This document shows positions 13,860 through 28,251 of a stretch of 64,000 nt of DNA, piece after piece. Below the pieces are notes generated by a model. It did not search any database, had not been told where the DNA came from, and saw only the letters and a list, made by a program, of their open reading frames with translations. Every line of letters begins with the position of its first letter. Position 1 is the stretch's first letter. The stretch is from Pecten maximus (lineage: Eukaryota). Location: the NCBI RefSeq assembly GCF_902652985.1, contig NC_047019.1, positions 12,276,001 through 12,340,000 on the forward strand, read 5' to 3'. A program made the translations under genes and the position numbers.

Positions 13860-16800
13860 ATGAAGTTTGACGACATTTTGATACATATTGGGGAGTTTGG
13901 TTTCTACCAAAAACGGCTGTACCTGCTACTATGCATGCCTGCAATCAGTGTAGGGTGTTACATGATGATGTTAGTCATAATTATGGCTACACCTGAACAC
14001 AGGTAGGAAACATAAGTCTAATTTGAATATGTTTTGTTTTACTCTTACAATTTCTATTTAAAATTGTAATAGTTGATAGTAACAGAGCAAGCAAAATAAA
14101 TTACGCGTAAAAAAATTGCATATTTGTTTTTAATTTCTGGCATAAACGTTTCGCTGTGGCAACTTAATTGTACGGCAGACAATTTCAGTTTTTTTTTACC
14201 GTTGATAATTAATGTTTTTCTGTATACCATTCGTATATATATGTATTTTATCTTTAAAATTTATGTTTGTTATAACAAAACTCAATGTAATTATTTTGGA
14301 AACATGTTTCCTTAAATTTTGATATCAGCAGGGCCAGTTTCATCCGGTCTTATCTGGTGTATGGCCGCCATGTCTGATCATCCCTTGTAGGTGGTGAGTT
14401 ATGGAATAAAAAAATGCAATTCCTTTCGAAATGTGCCCCATCCTTGTTTATTGCACTTTGATTTGCACAACATTCAAATCTACCTCTGTTTTATTAGAAA
14501 TTTACATCTGGAAAACTACACTTGAACAGCAGCATTACAATGTAGAAATAATAGCTTGCCTAAAACTAGTCATCAATTCACATCTAATTCACATATTTAT
14601 TTTCAGCTTATAATTTAGTTTTTCCCGCATTTCTTAAATTTCAAACTATTGTACCATCACTTCTAATAAAAGATCCTCAACTGGGAAAGTATGCTTCGCC
14701 TCACTGATAGTAGAACAACACCAAAGACAACCAATTCTGAACTAAAACGCATGATTCGTTGCAGATGCCAGATCCCAGGATATGAAAATGATACGTTTAC
14801 TTTACAAAACGACATCCACAGAAATTTAGTAAATGCCAGCATTCCTTTGGCATCGCCGGACGACGATTTTCTATACGACAAATGTCACATGTACACATGC
14901 AATGATGGCCAATCTGCAGCTAACTGTGCGATTCAGAATCGAACTCGGATCAAGTGCTCAAGTTGGGTATACGATAGGGAAACATTCCATGAAACATTCA
15001 CCTCTAAGGTAAGATATTTATCATTTTGATATCTGTTATCTAAACATCCAGATTAAGTGTTTATTTTCCTCGTATCAAAAAAGAAAAGAGAAGCTTCATA
15101 TATAATTATCTTGTTTATGTTGATTTAACTTTTGAAGATATTTTACCGTTCGTGAAATACACGCAAAATGCATTATCAAATATTAAGAACCTCAATATAT
15201 TAGTATCAATCCAAGTAGATTTTCGATTGAGCCATGTGTAGCCATGATAAAACAAATCATTTCTATTAAATACGAGCTAGTTAAAAAGTTATTATTAAGA
15301 ATATATATTTTTTCTAAAGATAAGTGATTTGCCTTTTCGTTCTGATCCAGTTACCGTGTAATTTTAATTGTTAAAATAAGAGAAAAATATAGAAATTTAC
15401 AACGGATTTGTTTTAGTGTTAACGTTAAAAACACAGTAAAGCACTGTTAAATATTTATCTCAACTGTATCTCTCTATAGGTATATTTCTGTATTTGAATA
15501 TAAACGTGTTCACAAACGTTGCGAAACTAGGTATAAATATTTACTAACACTTGTGGGAGCGCAGCACAATTGACACGTCCTTGATATCTCATCAAGGTTG
15601 ATGATAGGTTAGATTTCCTATCAACTATCATTATCGCTTGTCAATAAGCACTCTTAGTTGGTAGAATGCTTAGTTTCAGCTTCAATGTAGGGTAACTTTA
15701 CGTATCAAGTGTAAGAATACATTATCAATCTATCCTAACATACAGTAACACTGGTATCCTACATACCAAAGAATTCCTCTGAAGTGACGGATGAATGAGA
15801 TCCGGAGTTAATCTCTACCTTACATACAAAGACTCCTTTGTTAGATTCATCCGCCGGTAAATTATCGCTGTTACACGAATTTTGAATAAACTAGTAACAT
15901 TTACAACATTAATTAAGTTATCAGAATAATGTATTTTCTACAGTTTAATATTGGCTTAGAATCATTTTGATTTCCTCGACTTCTATGTCTGGTTCCAAAG
16001 TCTTGAAAGACAGAATAGCCAAGTCCTAAAAAACGGAACAGCCGTATTATGTCCCTAGCATCGTTGATGAGTCCTACATGAAGCAGGGCGGAACAGCTGT
16101 ATGATGTCCCTGGCATATCTGACAAGTCATAGAAAGACGGAACAGTCGTATCATGTCCCTGGCATCATTGATTTATGACGTCCATAGTGCTATTGACGAA
16201 TCCGAGATGTACGGAACACCGGTATGTTGTTCTTAACATCACCGATGAGCCCTAGAAGAACAGAATAGCTGTAGAATTTCCCTGTCATCACTGACAAGTC
16301 CTAGCTGTATTAGTCGCTATCAACTGACGGGTCCTAGATGGACGGAACAGCTGTATGATGTCCCTATCAACTGACGGGTCCTAGATGGACGGAACAGCTG
16401 TATGATGTCCCATCAATTGATGAGTCCTAGATGTACAGAACACCTGTATGCAGTCATTAACGTCACCGATGAGCCCGAGGACAGAACCGCTGTCATGGTG
16501 TCCTTATCATCACTGATGAGTCCTAAAATGACAGAACAACTATATAATGTCCCTGGCATCAATGATAAGTCGTTAAAGGGCAGAATACTTTATAATGTTC
16601 CCAGCATCACTGATGAGTCTAAAGACGACAGAACAATAATGTCCTAGCATCAATTAAAAGTCATGGAAGGACGTAACAGTGGTGTGATGTCCCCAGTATC
16701 ACTGACGAGTCCTAAAAGGACAGAAGAGCAGTATAATGTTCCTAACATCACTGACAAATCCTAGGTGGACGGATCGATGTTTTATTGCCCCTTTCTTTCT

Positions 16801-19800
16801 TTCAAATTTTATTATTTCATTTCTCATTTCTTTTTCTTGATGCACTTTTACACATAATAAGCTCCATCTACCTTATCAACATTTTTTTTTTTAAATTGTC
16901 GATAAAATCTTAATATTGATACAGAATGTCCTAAAACTGTAATACATCTTACATAACACAGATACAGCATCACATGGACGATTATCTGCGGAGATAACAA
17001 CTCCGGATAAGATAACATCCTAGCTTGGTCAGGCTACTCATCGGTCAAATGGTCATGTTATCTAAATGACGTAGTATATCACTTTTTTCTAAAACGATAA
17101 TTATACATGTCAATATAATATAGCTAATGATAAAATATTCATTGTTTATTACAAGCGCTCCCATACCAGGTATAACTCATTGAAAGTTAGATTTCTTATC
17201 AGCCACGTGATTTTACTATTGCGCGGTTTTCCCTTCTTATAAGAGGTAAGGACACATATAGGAGGTGTCAACAAGGTACTGCGCAATACAAGAACTACTT
17301 TAAAATGTCACGTTACTGCGATATCAGAACCCGAAATTAGTAAAGTGACACCATCTAGTATTCTGACAAAGTTTGCTTGTTGTTTGCTGGGTTTATCGCC
17401 CCTTGAACAGACAGACCATTTTGAGGCGGGGTTTCCCTGTAATAGTTGATGAGTACCCCAAGGCCTCTCGCATGCCATCCAGATCAATTAGGTTAAAATG
17501 CCTTGTCCAAGGAACACAACCATAACAGCACAGGCCGAGCCGTTTCTCAGCTTCCTAGGAAACACATATCGACAGGAGAAGGGAGGGTAGAACCACGCTC
17601 CTCGGATCTCCACTTGAGGTTAGGTGACCGGCACTCTAACTGAGCTACCACAGTCCCTGTTCTGACGGAGTCCCTGGGAAGATGAAAATTACAATAAAGA
17701 GCAGGAAGAGAGATGAATAAAAAAATATAAATTGCTAGTGTAGCAATGTTGGCAACAGGACGATTTTATTTTGGTCATTATCGTCTAAGATGAGGATAAA
17801 AAAAGTATCCCGAATTCTACACGGACCATACAAGTCATCACAAACAATTCGACTCTTATCTGTAAAACCTGTATCAGCAGCAGATAAATCACATAGAACC
17901 GGAAACGTGACCGAGAATTGACACTGTTATATCTATGCCGTGTTTACCTTGATTTTATGATTGCACGTCCAAAAGTAGTACAGAGTGTACACAGTATGAT
18001 TTAAGTTCTGACATAAAGCGACAAAGAAAAAAAAACCTCTATCAACCTAAAATAAATAATATAATTTCAACAAACAACGTCTAAATATAAAAAAAAGCCA
18101 GTTTAAACGCATAAAGATAAAACTCACCACAGTTCACTTACATAAGGACAAAACTTACCACAGATCAAACACATAAGGACAAAACTTACAACATATCAAA
18201 CACATCAGGACAAAACTTACCACAGATTAAACACATAAGGACAAAACCTACCACAGATCAAACACATAAGGTCAAAACTTACCACAGATCAAACACATCA
18301 GGTCAAAACTTACCACAGATTAAACACATAAGGACAAAACCTACCACAGATCAAACACATCAGGTCAAAACTTACCACAGATCAAACACATAAGGACAAA
18401 ACCTACCACAGATCAAACACATAAGGACAAAACTTACCACAGATCAAACACATAAAGACAAAACTCACCACAGATCAAATACATAGGGACAAAACCTACC
18501 ACAGATCAAATACATTAAGACAAAACGTACCACATATCCAATACATCAGGACAAAACTTACCACAGATCAAACACATAAAGACAAAACTCACCACAGATC
18601 AAATACATAGGGACAAAACCTACCACAGATCAAATACATTAAGACAAAACGTACCACAGATCAAACACATAAGGACAAAACTTACCACAGATCAAACACA
18701 TCAGGACAAAACTTACCACAGATCAAACACATAAGGACAAAACTTACCACAGATTAAACACATAAGGACAAAACTTACCACAGATCAAACACTTAGGGAC
18801 AAAACTTACCACAGATCAAACACTTAGGGACAAAACTTACCACAGATCAAACACATTAAGACAAAACTTACCACAGATCAAACACATATGGACAAAACTT
18901 ACCACAGATCAAACACATCAGGACAAAACTTACCACAGATCAAACACTTCGGGACAAAACTTACCACAGATCAAACACATCAGGACAAAACTTACCACAG
19001 ATTAAACACATCAGGACAAAACCTACCACAGATCAAACACATAAGGTCAAAACTTACCACAGATCAAACACATAGGGACAAAACCTACCATAGATCAAAC
19101 ACATAAGGACAAAACTTACCACAGATCAAACACATAAAGACAAAACTTACCACAGATCAAACACATCTTACCACAGATCAAACACATAAGGACAAAACTT
19201 ACCACAGATCAAACACTTAGGGACAAAACTTACAACATATCAAACACATCAGGACAAAACTTACCACAGATTAAACACATAAGGACAAAACTTACCACAG
19301 ATTAAACACATAAGGACAAAACCTACCAACGATCAAACACATCAGGTCAAAACTTACCACAGATCAAACACATAAGGACAAAACTTACCACAGATCAAAC
19401 ACATAAAGACAAAACTCACCACAGATCAAATACATAGGGACAAAACCTACCACAGATCAAATACATTAAGACAAAACCTACCACAGATCAAACACATAAG
19501 GACAAAACTCACCACAGATCAAATACATTAAGACAAAACTTACCACAGATCAAACACATAAAGACAAAACTCACCACAGATCAAATACATTAAGACAAAA
19601 CGTACCACAGATCAAACACATAAAGACAAAACTTACCACAGATCAAACACATAAGGACAAAACTTACCACAGATCAAACACATAAAGACAAAACTTACCA
19701 CAGATCAAACTCATAAGGACAAAACTTACCACAGATCAAATACATTAAGACAAAACGTACCACAGATCAAACGCATCAGGACAAAACTTACCACAGATCA

Positions 19801-22800
19801 AACACATAAGGATAAAAATTACCACAGATCAAACACATTAAGACAAAACTTACCACAGATCAAATACATTAAGACAAAACGTACCACAGATCAAATACAT
19901 TCGGACAAAACTTACCACAGATCAAACACATACGGACAAAACTTACCACAGATCAAATAAATAAAGACAAAACTTACCACAGATCAAACACATAAAGACA
20001 AAACTTACCACATATCAAACACTTAGGGACAAAACTTACCACAGATTAAACACATGACAAAACCTACCACAGATCAAACACATCAGGTCAAAACTTACCA
20101 CAGATCAAACACATAAGGACAAAACCTACCACAGATCAAATATATAGGGACAAAACTTACCACAGATCAAACACTTAGGGACAAAACTTACCACAGATCA
20201 AACACATAAAGACAAAACTCACCACAGATCAAATACATAGGGACAAATATACCACAGATCAAACACATCAGGACAAAACTCACCACAGATCAAATACATA
20301 GGGACAAAACTTACCACAGATCAAAGACTTAGGGACAAAACTTACCACAGATCAAACACATAAGGTCAAAACTTACCACAGATCAAACACATCAGGAGAA
20401 AACTTACCACAGATCAAACACTTAGGGACAAAACTTACCACAGATCAAACACATCAGGACAAAACTTACCACAGATCAAACACTTAGGGACAAAACTTAC
20501 TACAGATCAAACACTTAGGGACAAAACTTACCACAGATCAAACACATAAAGACAAAACTTACCACAGATCAAACACATAAAGACAAAACTCACCACAGAT
20601 CAAACACATAGAGACAAAACTTACCACAGATCAAACACTTAGGGACAAAACTTACCACAGATCAAACACATAAGGACAAAACCTACCACAGATCAAACAC
20701 TTAGGGACAAAACTAACCACAGATCAAACACATCAGGACAAAACTAACCACAGATCAAACACATCAGGACAAAACTTACCACAGATCAAACACTTAGTGA
20801 CAAAACTTACCACAGATCAAACACTTCGGGACAAAACTTACAACATATCAAACACATAAAGACAAAACTTACCACAGATCAAACACATAAAGACAAAACT
20901 TACCACAGATCAAACACATAGGGACAAAACTTACCACAGATCAAACACATAAAGACAAAGTTTACCGTTTGAATATATATAGATCAAAAAGTAAAATACA
21001 AATAAAAATTTAAAAAAATTAACATGTCAAACATAAATGGACAAAGTGTCCAACATGTCTAACACAGGAAGACAAAACTTACCACTTTCGACATATGTAA
21101 CATGAACCTCGACTCATACCTAACGTTAGGACTACATTAACGTTTTCTGACTTGATTGGTAGACGAACCTTGTATGTGATGATGCCCTGAAGACGTCTCA
21201 TGCTCAGATGCTCTTCTACTTCGGCGTCCTGGTGGGGGATCTCGGATTTGGAATGATTGCGGACATGTTAGTAATTAAATTAGTTATTCTCCTGGAATGA
21301 TAATTGTCTATTTATCAAACAAGATCAATGGCACATAGGGTGGTGGCTATGGATGAATTTTGCAGTAATAAAGGCTTCCGTTTCCATTTTCTGTAGTAAT
21401 ACATTGCATCTAATATGTATTAAACAACCAATAACATGTATCTATTAAATTCAGACTTTTCTATAACTTGATGAAAGGGTTCCCCTTCAATGAATTTTAA
21501 ATGAGAATCTCTAAACATTGCGCAATACTGACAAGAAAAGAAATTTTGCCTAAGTGCATTTTATTCAAATCGGTGCCTAACAAATTAAAGTCCCTTTTTA
21601 AAAGATACAGGTAAACAACAGAATAATGAAATGTATTTGTTTTACCTAGTATTGGCCGTAAGAAAACTTTGTACGTCACCGTCGTCATTCTTCTGGGGTC
21701 GGCGTTCGGAGTGGCATGGGCGGAGACCTGGGTCAGTTTCGTCGTCCTGGAGTTTGTTATAGGGGCAGCCAATCATGGAGCATTCATCATTTGCTGTGTT
21801 TTAGGTAGGGCTGTTCACGTGTGGTCCATCTTCCTTATCTTTACCTTACCAGCCGATTGCGTAGAGATGTTTACATTTGTACATCCGATATATGTTTCGT
21901 AAATAGGTAATCATGGCGCCTGCTTGTGGACCTATTGTTTTTCAGGTTCATTTGGTTTTATTTCCTTCTTTCCTCAGTGGTTCAGCGTCATCTTGTTTCA
22001 GCAGACATATACGTTTTTTGGCATTTTGTTTCTATTAAGATAATAATCCACAGTCAAAGTGCACATCATAGTTAATAGTGAATAAAAGCATAGCTTATGT
22101 GTTAGTAAGTGCGATATCATTATTGGAATAACGTCTGTGCACTGGCGTTAACTGGTATATATTCTGTGCATATCAAAATGAAATTAATATGTGAAGTCTC
22201 TGTATTTAAATTTAGTGATAATGAATAAAATGAAATCCAACATGGAATGTTTAGATCCATAGGCACTCAATCTTTTTGCACCTAGAAATAATGAAATAAT
22301 TTACCAACGTACCAAAACCAATGAATGGCTACTTTGCAATAGATCCATATGAGAACTGTAATTATTTACATGAATATTCATTTTGTACAACATGCCAGTA
22401 TCAACTATGGTTTGTCACAGGTCTAGAAATGGTCGGTCCTTCCAAGCGTGTGTGGGCAGGAATTCTCGTACATGCGTTCTTCGCCCTTGGTCTGGTATAC
22501 CTTGTGGGGATGGGTTACTTCCTGAGGGACTGGTTCTGGGTACAGATAGCTGTGGCAGCTCCGTGTGCATTCTTTCTCTCCTACTGGTTGTAAGTACACA
22601 CACAATATATAAATACATGCTATTTGTTATACTGAAATTCAACATTTTTCAACAAAAAAAAAAAAAAGAAAAGAAAGGAATTTGGATCGAATAACAAGCA
22701 ATGCCTGTATAAGTTCTCTTCTAGGTTCAGAACAGATAGATGCGATTTGGGAGACAAAAATTCAACTTTAATAAAAAAAAAAATTGAATCGAATAACAGG

Positions 22801-25800
22801 CAACGCCTGTATTAGTTCTCTTCTAGGTACAGAACAAATAGATGCGATTTTGGAGACTAAAATTAAACTTTTCCCCCAATAAAATTGGATCGAACAATAG
22901 GAAAAGCCGGTATAAGTTCTCTTTTGATGATGAAGGAATGGTTGAGAGGATCAGGAGGATTTAGGAGACAAAGGGTAGAAAGAGGTAATAGCAGTCAGGT
23001 CTTGATGAAGCTACATAGTTCGCATACAATACAAAAGTAACAGTTTATCATAAGTGCTGTGGTATACCCACCTTATGTCCAAGTGTATTCAATATACTTA
23101 ACGAAAAAGCAGCAACAGAAAAAATGAAGATACAACGACGGGCAATACAACATGATTACTTACATAGATTCACACTGTTTTAGCGTCATCCCCGAGTCTC
23201 CGCGATGGCTGATTAGTCAGAAACGGTACAGCGAGGCAGACAAAATAATTGAGAGAGCTGCTAGGGTCAACAAGAAACCACTACCGCCATCCCTGATGAA
23301 GGTGAACCAGGAGAAGGACGAGAAAGAGGCAGACGGACGGATCTGGCACCTCTTCTCAAACAAAGTGCTCTTATCGAGGACACTTATAGTATATTTCAAC
23401 TGGTAAGGCTATGGCTATTCAGATGTTTTATAACGTAAAAGTGCATGCTATTTCAACCTATATTCTCATCCAGAAAAAAAAGCGAAGTCATAGACCTTGT
23501 TTACGATACATGTTATAGACAAACCTTACAATACATATAAAAAAGTGAACTCACACCAGGAAGTCAGGTAATGAAACTGGCGGCTCATCTCCGCGGACGT
23601 TTGGGAGTAAAGGGTTTTTTCTGGCAAATAAAATGTTTGATTTTTTTTTTTTTTTTTTTTACATATTTGTTCACCTATTGCATAATTTCTCGGGCTAATA
23701 CGTTCACGGATATTAGATTTGGCATAAGCATGCTTTGCTAACATTCTGCAGTAATATATTTGACTGAAGACATAGATATTCGCTAGGGATTTATTTATTG
23801 CGCTACAGTTTATAATCGCGGATATAGCAAAATTAAATCAAATTTGTACACGTCTTACCTGCACGTGTAATTTGTATGGGTAACTTGTATATGTAATTTA
23901 TATGGGTAATCTGTATGTGTAACTTGTATGTGTAATATGTATGTGTAACTTGTATGTGTAATATGTATGTGTAACTTGTATGTGTAACTTGTATGTGTAA
24001 TATGTATGTGTAACTTGTATGTGTAATATGTATGTGTAACTTGTATGTGTAATATGTATGTGTAACTTGTATGTGTAATATGTATGTGTAACTTGTATGT
24101 GTAACTTGTGTGTGTAATATGTATGTGTAACTTGTATGTGTAATATGTATGTGTAATATGTATGTGTAATATGTATGTGTAATCTGTATGTGTAATTTAT
24201 ATGTGTAACCTGTATGTGTAATATGTATGTGTAATCTGTATGAACTTATTTGTGTTACAGGGCTGTTGTCAGTATGATATACTACGGCGTCACCATGCAT
24301 ACTGGAAATATGAATGGGGATTTTTATCTCAACTTCTTTTTGTTAGCTGTAGTTGAATTCCCTGCCTATTTTATGTCGATTGCACTCCTCGATCGGTGGG
24401 GCCGGAAGAGGACCCACTGCGCATGTATGCTGCTTGGCGGTATAGCGTGCATCTCTACAATATTTCCTGTGATTTTTGGTGGTCCAGGTAAGACAAGATT
24501 ACATTTGTTTGATGTTTGTCTCGGCCTCGAGAAAAAATATCACTCTTCAAAATAAAATACAACACCACGATGCCGACCTTGTTTCATTTTACAAAAACTA
24601 TAATGTAGCATACTGTAAAAATATTTTGTTTCAGTTTTCAAATTTTCGTGATTTAACCATATTTGCAGAAAATGGATTTTTTTCATAAATTGTGAATGTA
24701 ATCATAATGAAAATTATGTTTTTTTTATGAATTTTGATAACAACAAATGCGAATACCTTTTTTTATTTCTAAGCAATCAATCGTTTTAACGATTTCATCC
24801 TATACTTGAAATTAGCGTTAAGGATTTTGAAACCACTAACCTTTATACTATACTCGATCATTACCTTTATAAAGAGACATGCCCAGGGTCTCTCTCTCAT
24901 AACACCCATGCAAGGATTAGGGTTAGGGTTAACCTACGTAAGATACAGTGATAACAAAATCGCATGAATAACGTCAATTAGTTGCTGATTACTACAGTAA
25001 GAAATGAAAGTAAGACAAATAAAAATATAACTCGCGTTTAGAAACCATCAACCTGGTGCGCTAAATGAGTAAGTCATCCTGACAGCAAAGTAGATCAAAA
25101 TAATAATCTCGGTCCTATGCGCCAAAACATCCGTGACGTTGACATAGCTGATTTGGTTGTTAATTATAAACTTATCAGTTCTTTGAAGTTGTTATCTTTA
25201 GAGGGTCTGGGAGATATGTGGGGACATTCTGAAATAGTCTTATCTACTATTTAAATGTTCCTGTACCCACAGATATCATCTAATACTGTCGAGACGTATG
25301 AAAAACAAAGGCAATATCTCTATGTTAATAGTAAATGGAGTCCTATACTTATTAAACAAAGAAATAATTCTGTTTAACACTTTTAGATAAAAGTGTAGTT
25401 TGGTATCCGTTCGGTCTCCGTTGTGTTTTATCGAAATGACATCGCCATTTTGTTCTTCTTAAGTATTATCCATTAAAATGAGTAAATTGTGTCGAAGAAT
25501 AACATTCAGTTTTAAAAAGACAAAAAAAAAAAGCACTGTGAATGGAAATGATATCATGTTAATGTTACATTCTATGAATTAAACTCTCGTTTTAATTTCC
25601 AGATTTACAACCCCTCACACTGGCCCTTGCCATTGTTGGTAAGATTGGTGCGGCTGGTGCATTTGGTGTAATATACGTGTTTTCCGCCGAACTGTTCCCA
25701 ACAGTTGTCAGGAACGCCGGTATGGGATCCAGTTCTTGTGTGGCACGTGTCGGGGGCATGCTTGCGCCATACGTCGCTTCATCCGTACGTAAACTTATAA

Positions 25801-27717
25801 CGATATATTGACCACTGTATAATGTTTGGTGTAACGATTGACTGGCCACAGGATCATGTTTGGTGTAACGGTTGACTGACCACAGTATCATGTTTGGTGT
25901 AACGGTTGATTGACCACGATATCCATGTTTGGTGTAACGATTGACTGACCACAGTATCATGTTTGGTGTAACGGTTGATTGACCACGATATCGTGTTTGG
26001 TGTAACGGTTAACTGACCACGATATCATGTTCGGTGTAACGGTTGACTGACCACGATATTACGTTTGGTGTAACTGTAGACTGACCACGATATTATGTTT
26101 GGTGTAACGGTTGACTGATCACGATATCATGTTTGGTGTAACGGTTGACTGACCACGATATTATGTTTGGTGTAACTGTAGACTGGCCACGATATCATGT
26201 TTGGTGTAACGGTTGACTGATCACGATATCATGTTTCGTTTAACGGTTGACTGATCACGATATCATGTTTCGTTTAACGGTCGACTGGCCAAGATATCAT
26301 GTTTGGTGTAACGGTTGACTGACCACGATATCATGTTTGGTGTAACGGTAGACTGACCACGATATCATGTTTGGTGTAACGGTAGACTGACCACGATATC
26401 ATGTTTCGTGTAATGGTTGACTGACCACGATATCATGTTTGGTGTAACGGTTGACTGACCACGATATTATGTTTGGTGTAACGGTAGACTGACCACGATA
26501 TCATGTTTGGTTTAACGGTTGACTGACCACGATATCATGTTTCGTATAACGGTAGACTGACCACGATATCCTGTTCGGTGTAACGGTAGACTGATCACGA
26601 TATCCTGTTCGGTGTAACGGTAGACTGACCACGATATCCTGTTCGGTGTAACGGTAGACTGACCACGATATCCTGTTCGGTGTAACGGTTGACTGACCAC
26701 GATATCATGTTTCGTATAACGGTAGACTGACCACGATATCCTGTTCGGTGTAACGGTAGACTGACCACGATATCATGTTTGGTGTAACGGTAGACTGACC
26801 ACGATATCATGTTTGGTGTAACGGTAGACTGACCACGATATCATGTTTGGTTTAACGGTTGACTGACCACGATATCATGTTTCGTATAACGGTAGACTGA
26901 CCACGATATCCTGTTCGGTGTAACGGTAGACTGACCACGATATCCTGTTCGGTGTAACGGTAGACTGACCACGATATCCTGTTCGGTGTAACGGTAGACT
27001 GACCACGATAGCATGTTTCGTATAACGGTTGACTGACCACGAAATAATTTTCATGTTGTAATGAAAGGTTGGTCACGACACCGTTTTCTTTTTGACACGG
27101 TGGGCTGGTCACGACACCATATTTTCATTTGGACACGGTAGGCTTGTCACGACACCATTTTCTTTTTGACACGGTAGACTTGTCACGACACCATTTTCTT
27201 TTTGACGCGGTAGGCTGGTCCCAACACCATTTTCGTGGTAACAGCAGACTGGTCACGACATCATTTCATTCTATCACGGTTGGGTGATAACAAAACCATG
27301 TTTCGGTAGACTGATCACGGTACGTTGTAAAGGCAATGTGGTTACAACCCCATTTGATGTTGTACCAGAAATCTCGCCACACGACTATCTTACAGAACGA
27401 AAGAAACAGTAATACATTTTCAACAATTATTGGCATGCACGAATATATAGCATTTTAACCATTAATCCATCCGGTTCATGGATATCACTAAACCATTACG
27501 AATCTCCTAAATACTATGTTCTTTGTTGTAGGGGGATCTGGTGGGCGGGAAGTTCGGGAAGGCACTACCACTGGTGATATTTGGCGCCTTCTCCGTCAGT
27601 GCTGGGCTGTTGTGTTTACTCCTACCAGAAACATTACATAAAAAACTTCCGGAGACAATAGAGGATGGCATCAACTTCAACAAAGGGAGCAAGAAAGAGT
27701 TATACGAAAAATCATAA
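13860..27717 (+). CDS. SLC22-family organic cation transporter (Orct-like, MFS), 9 exons, 542 aa
   Basis: Exons 13860-14002, 14765-15008, 21163-21266, 21650-21804, 22421-22589, 23184-23402, 24261-24487, 25603-25784, 27532-27717. All introns are GT-AG and phase-compatible (1629 nt, no internal stop). SLC22 motifs: [74 protein letters not shown]. Paralogue not assignable. Confidence 0.95.
16030..16770. repeat. Degenerate ~48-52-bp tandem repeat in SLC22 intron 2
   Basis: Recurrent GGAACAGCTGTATGATGTCCCTGGCATCACTGATGAGTCCTAG-like units; two near-identical units at ~16320-16410. Confidence 0.8.
17371..17655 (-). mobile_element. tRNA-derived CORE-type SINE
   Basis: Minus strand: A-box TGGTAGCTCAGTTAG, B-box-like GGTTCTACCC, CORE-like 'ccttggacaaggcattttaacc', tail 'gcgataaacccagcaaacaacaagcaaac'. 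Confidence 0.6.
18115..20965. repeat. 31-bp satellite array, ~2.85 kb (~90 copies), SLC22 intron 2
   Basis: Unit GGACAAAACTTACCACAGATCAAACACATAA; recurs at 18146 and 18177; strongly A/C-skewed. Confidence 0.98.
23865..24245. repeat. 13-bp minisatellite, ~28 copies, abutting the SLC22 exon 7 acceptor
   Basis: Alternating units ATGTGTAACTTGT and ATGTGTAATATGT. Confidence 0.95.
25800..27330. repeat. 34-bp minisatellite (~36 copies to ~27045) with a degenerate ~35-bp tail, SLC22 intron 8
   Basis: Unit GACTGACCACGATATCATGTTTGGTGTAACGGTT/A; recurs at 26351 and 26385. Confidence 0.97.
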
Positions 27718-28018
27718 ACATTTCTTCATCATGTACAGCATTGGTTTTAGTCATATTGTATTCGTTTTTTTGTAGATATTTGTAATATGAAACATTTTAT
27801 ATCAACAAAGCTGAGTTTGTTTTCTTTGAAATTGTATGTACCAATTTTAAATCTGAGTTATATTTCAATGTTTATATATTTCAATAAGTCTCAAATTGAT
27901 GATTATTTTACATTCCATGTCATCCTACAACGAAATCATGATGCGAGATTAACAATATCAAAATTGGTAAACATTCACTACACAATACGGCTAGTCTGTA
28001 TAGAATAAATGGCATGAA

Positions 28019-28251
28019 CCATTTTAAGTAAATTTTTGTTCGAATCATGAGATGTCAATTACCTAAAATATCATATAGCTAACGGGCCATGAAAAAGTTG
28101 GATACATCGAAAACTTCGATTTGTAAAAATTCGAATCATGCATAGGTTCGTTAGTAGCGTTATATAGTAAGGAAATTCGGGACCAAGCAAAAAGTTCGAT
28201 ACAGCGAGAAATTCGAATTAACGAAGTTCGAATCATCGAGGTTTGACTGTA
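28019..28251. mobile_element. Truncated Tc1/mariner-pogo-like non-autonomous DNA transposon
   Basis: Right terminus 'ttcgaatcatcgaggtttgactg|ta' (reverse complement TA|CAGTCAAACCTCGA) with TTCGA subterminal repeats; left end missing. Confidence 0.6.

Noticed and set aside
18115-20965. Regular ~31-bp repeats (also the 32, 34 and 41-bp arrays) as a CRISPR array
   Set aside because: Units are head-to-tail with no unique spacers, there are no cas genes, and the context is eukaryotic.
23833-24300. 155-aa His/Thr/Tyr-rich ORF (also repeat-derived ORFs at 12410, 16402, 18888, 25592-27112)
   Set aside because: Translations of minisatellites, mostly intronic and antisense to SLC22.
24917-24932. TTAGGGTTAGGGTTAA as interstitial telomere
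   Set aside because: Only about 2.5 units; can arise by chance or within transposon relics.
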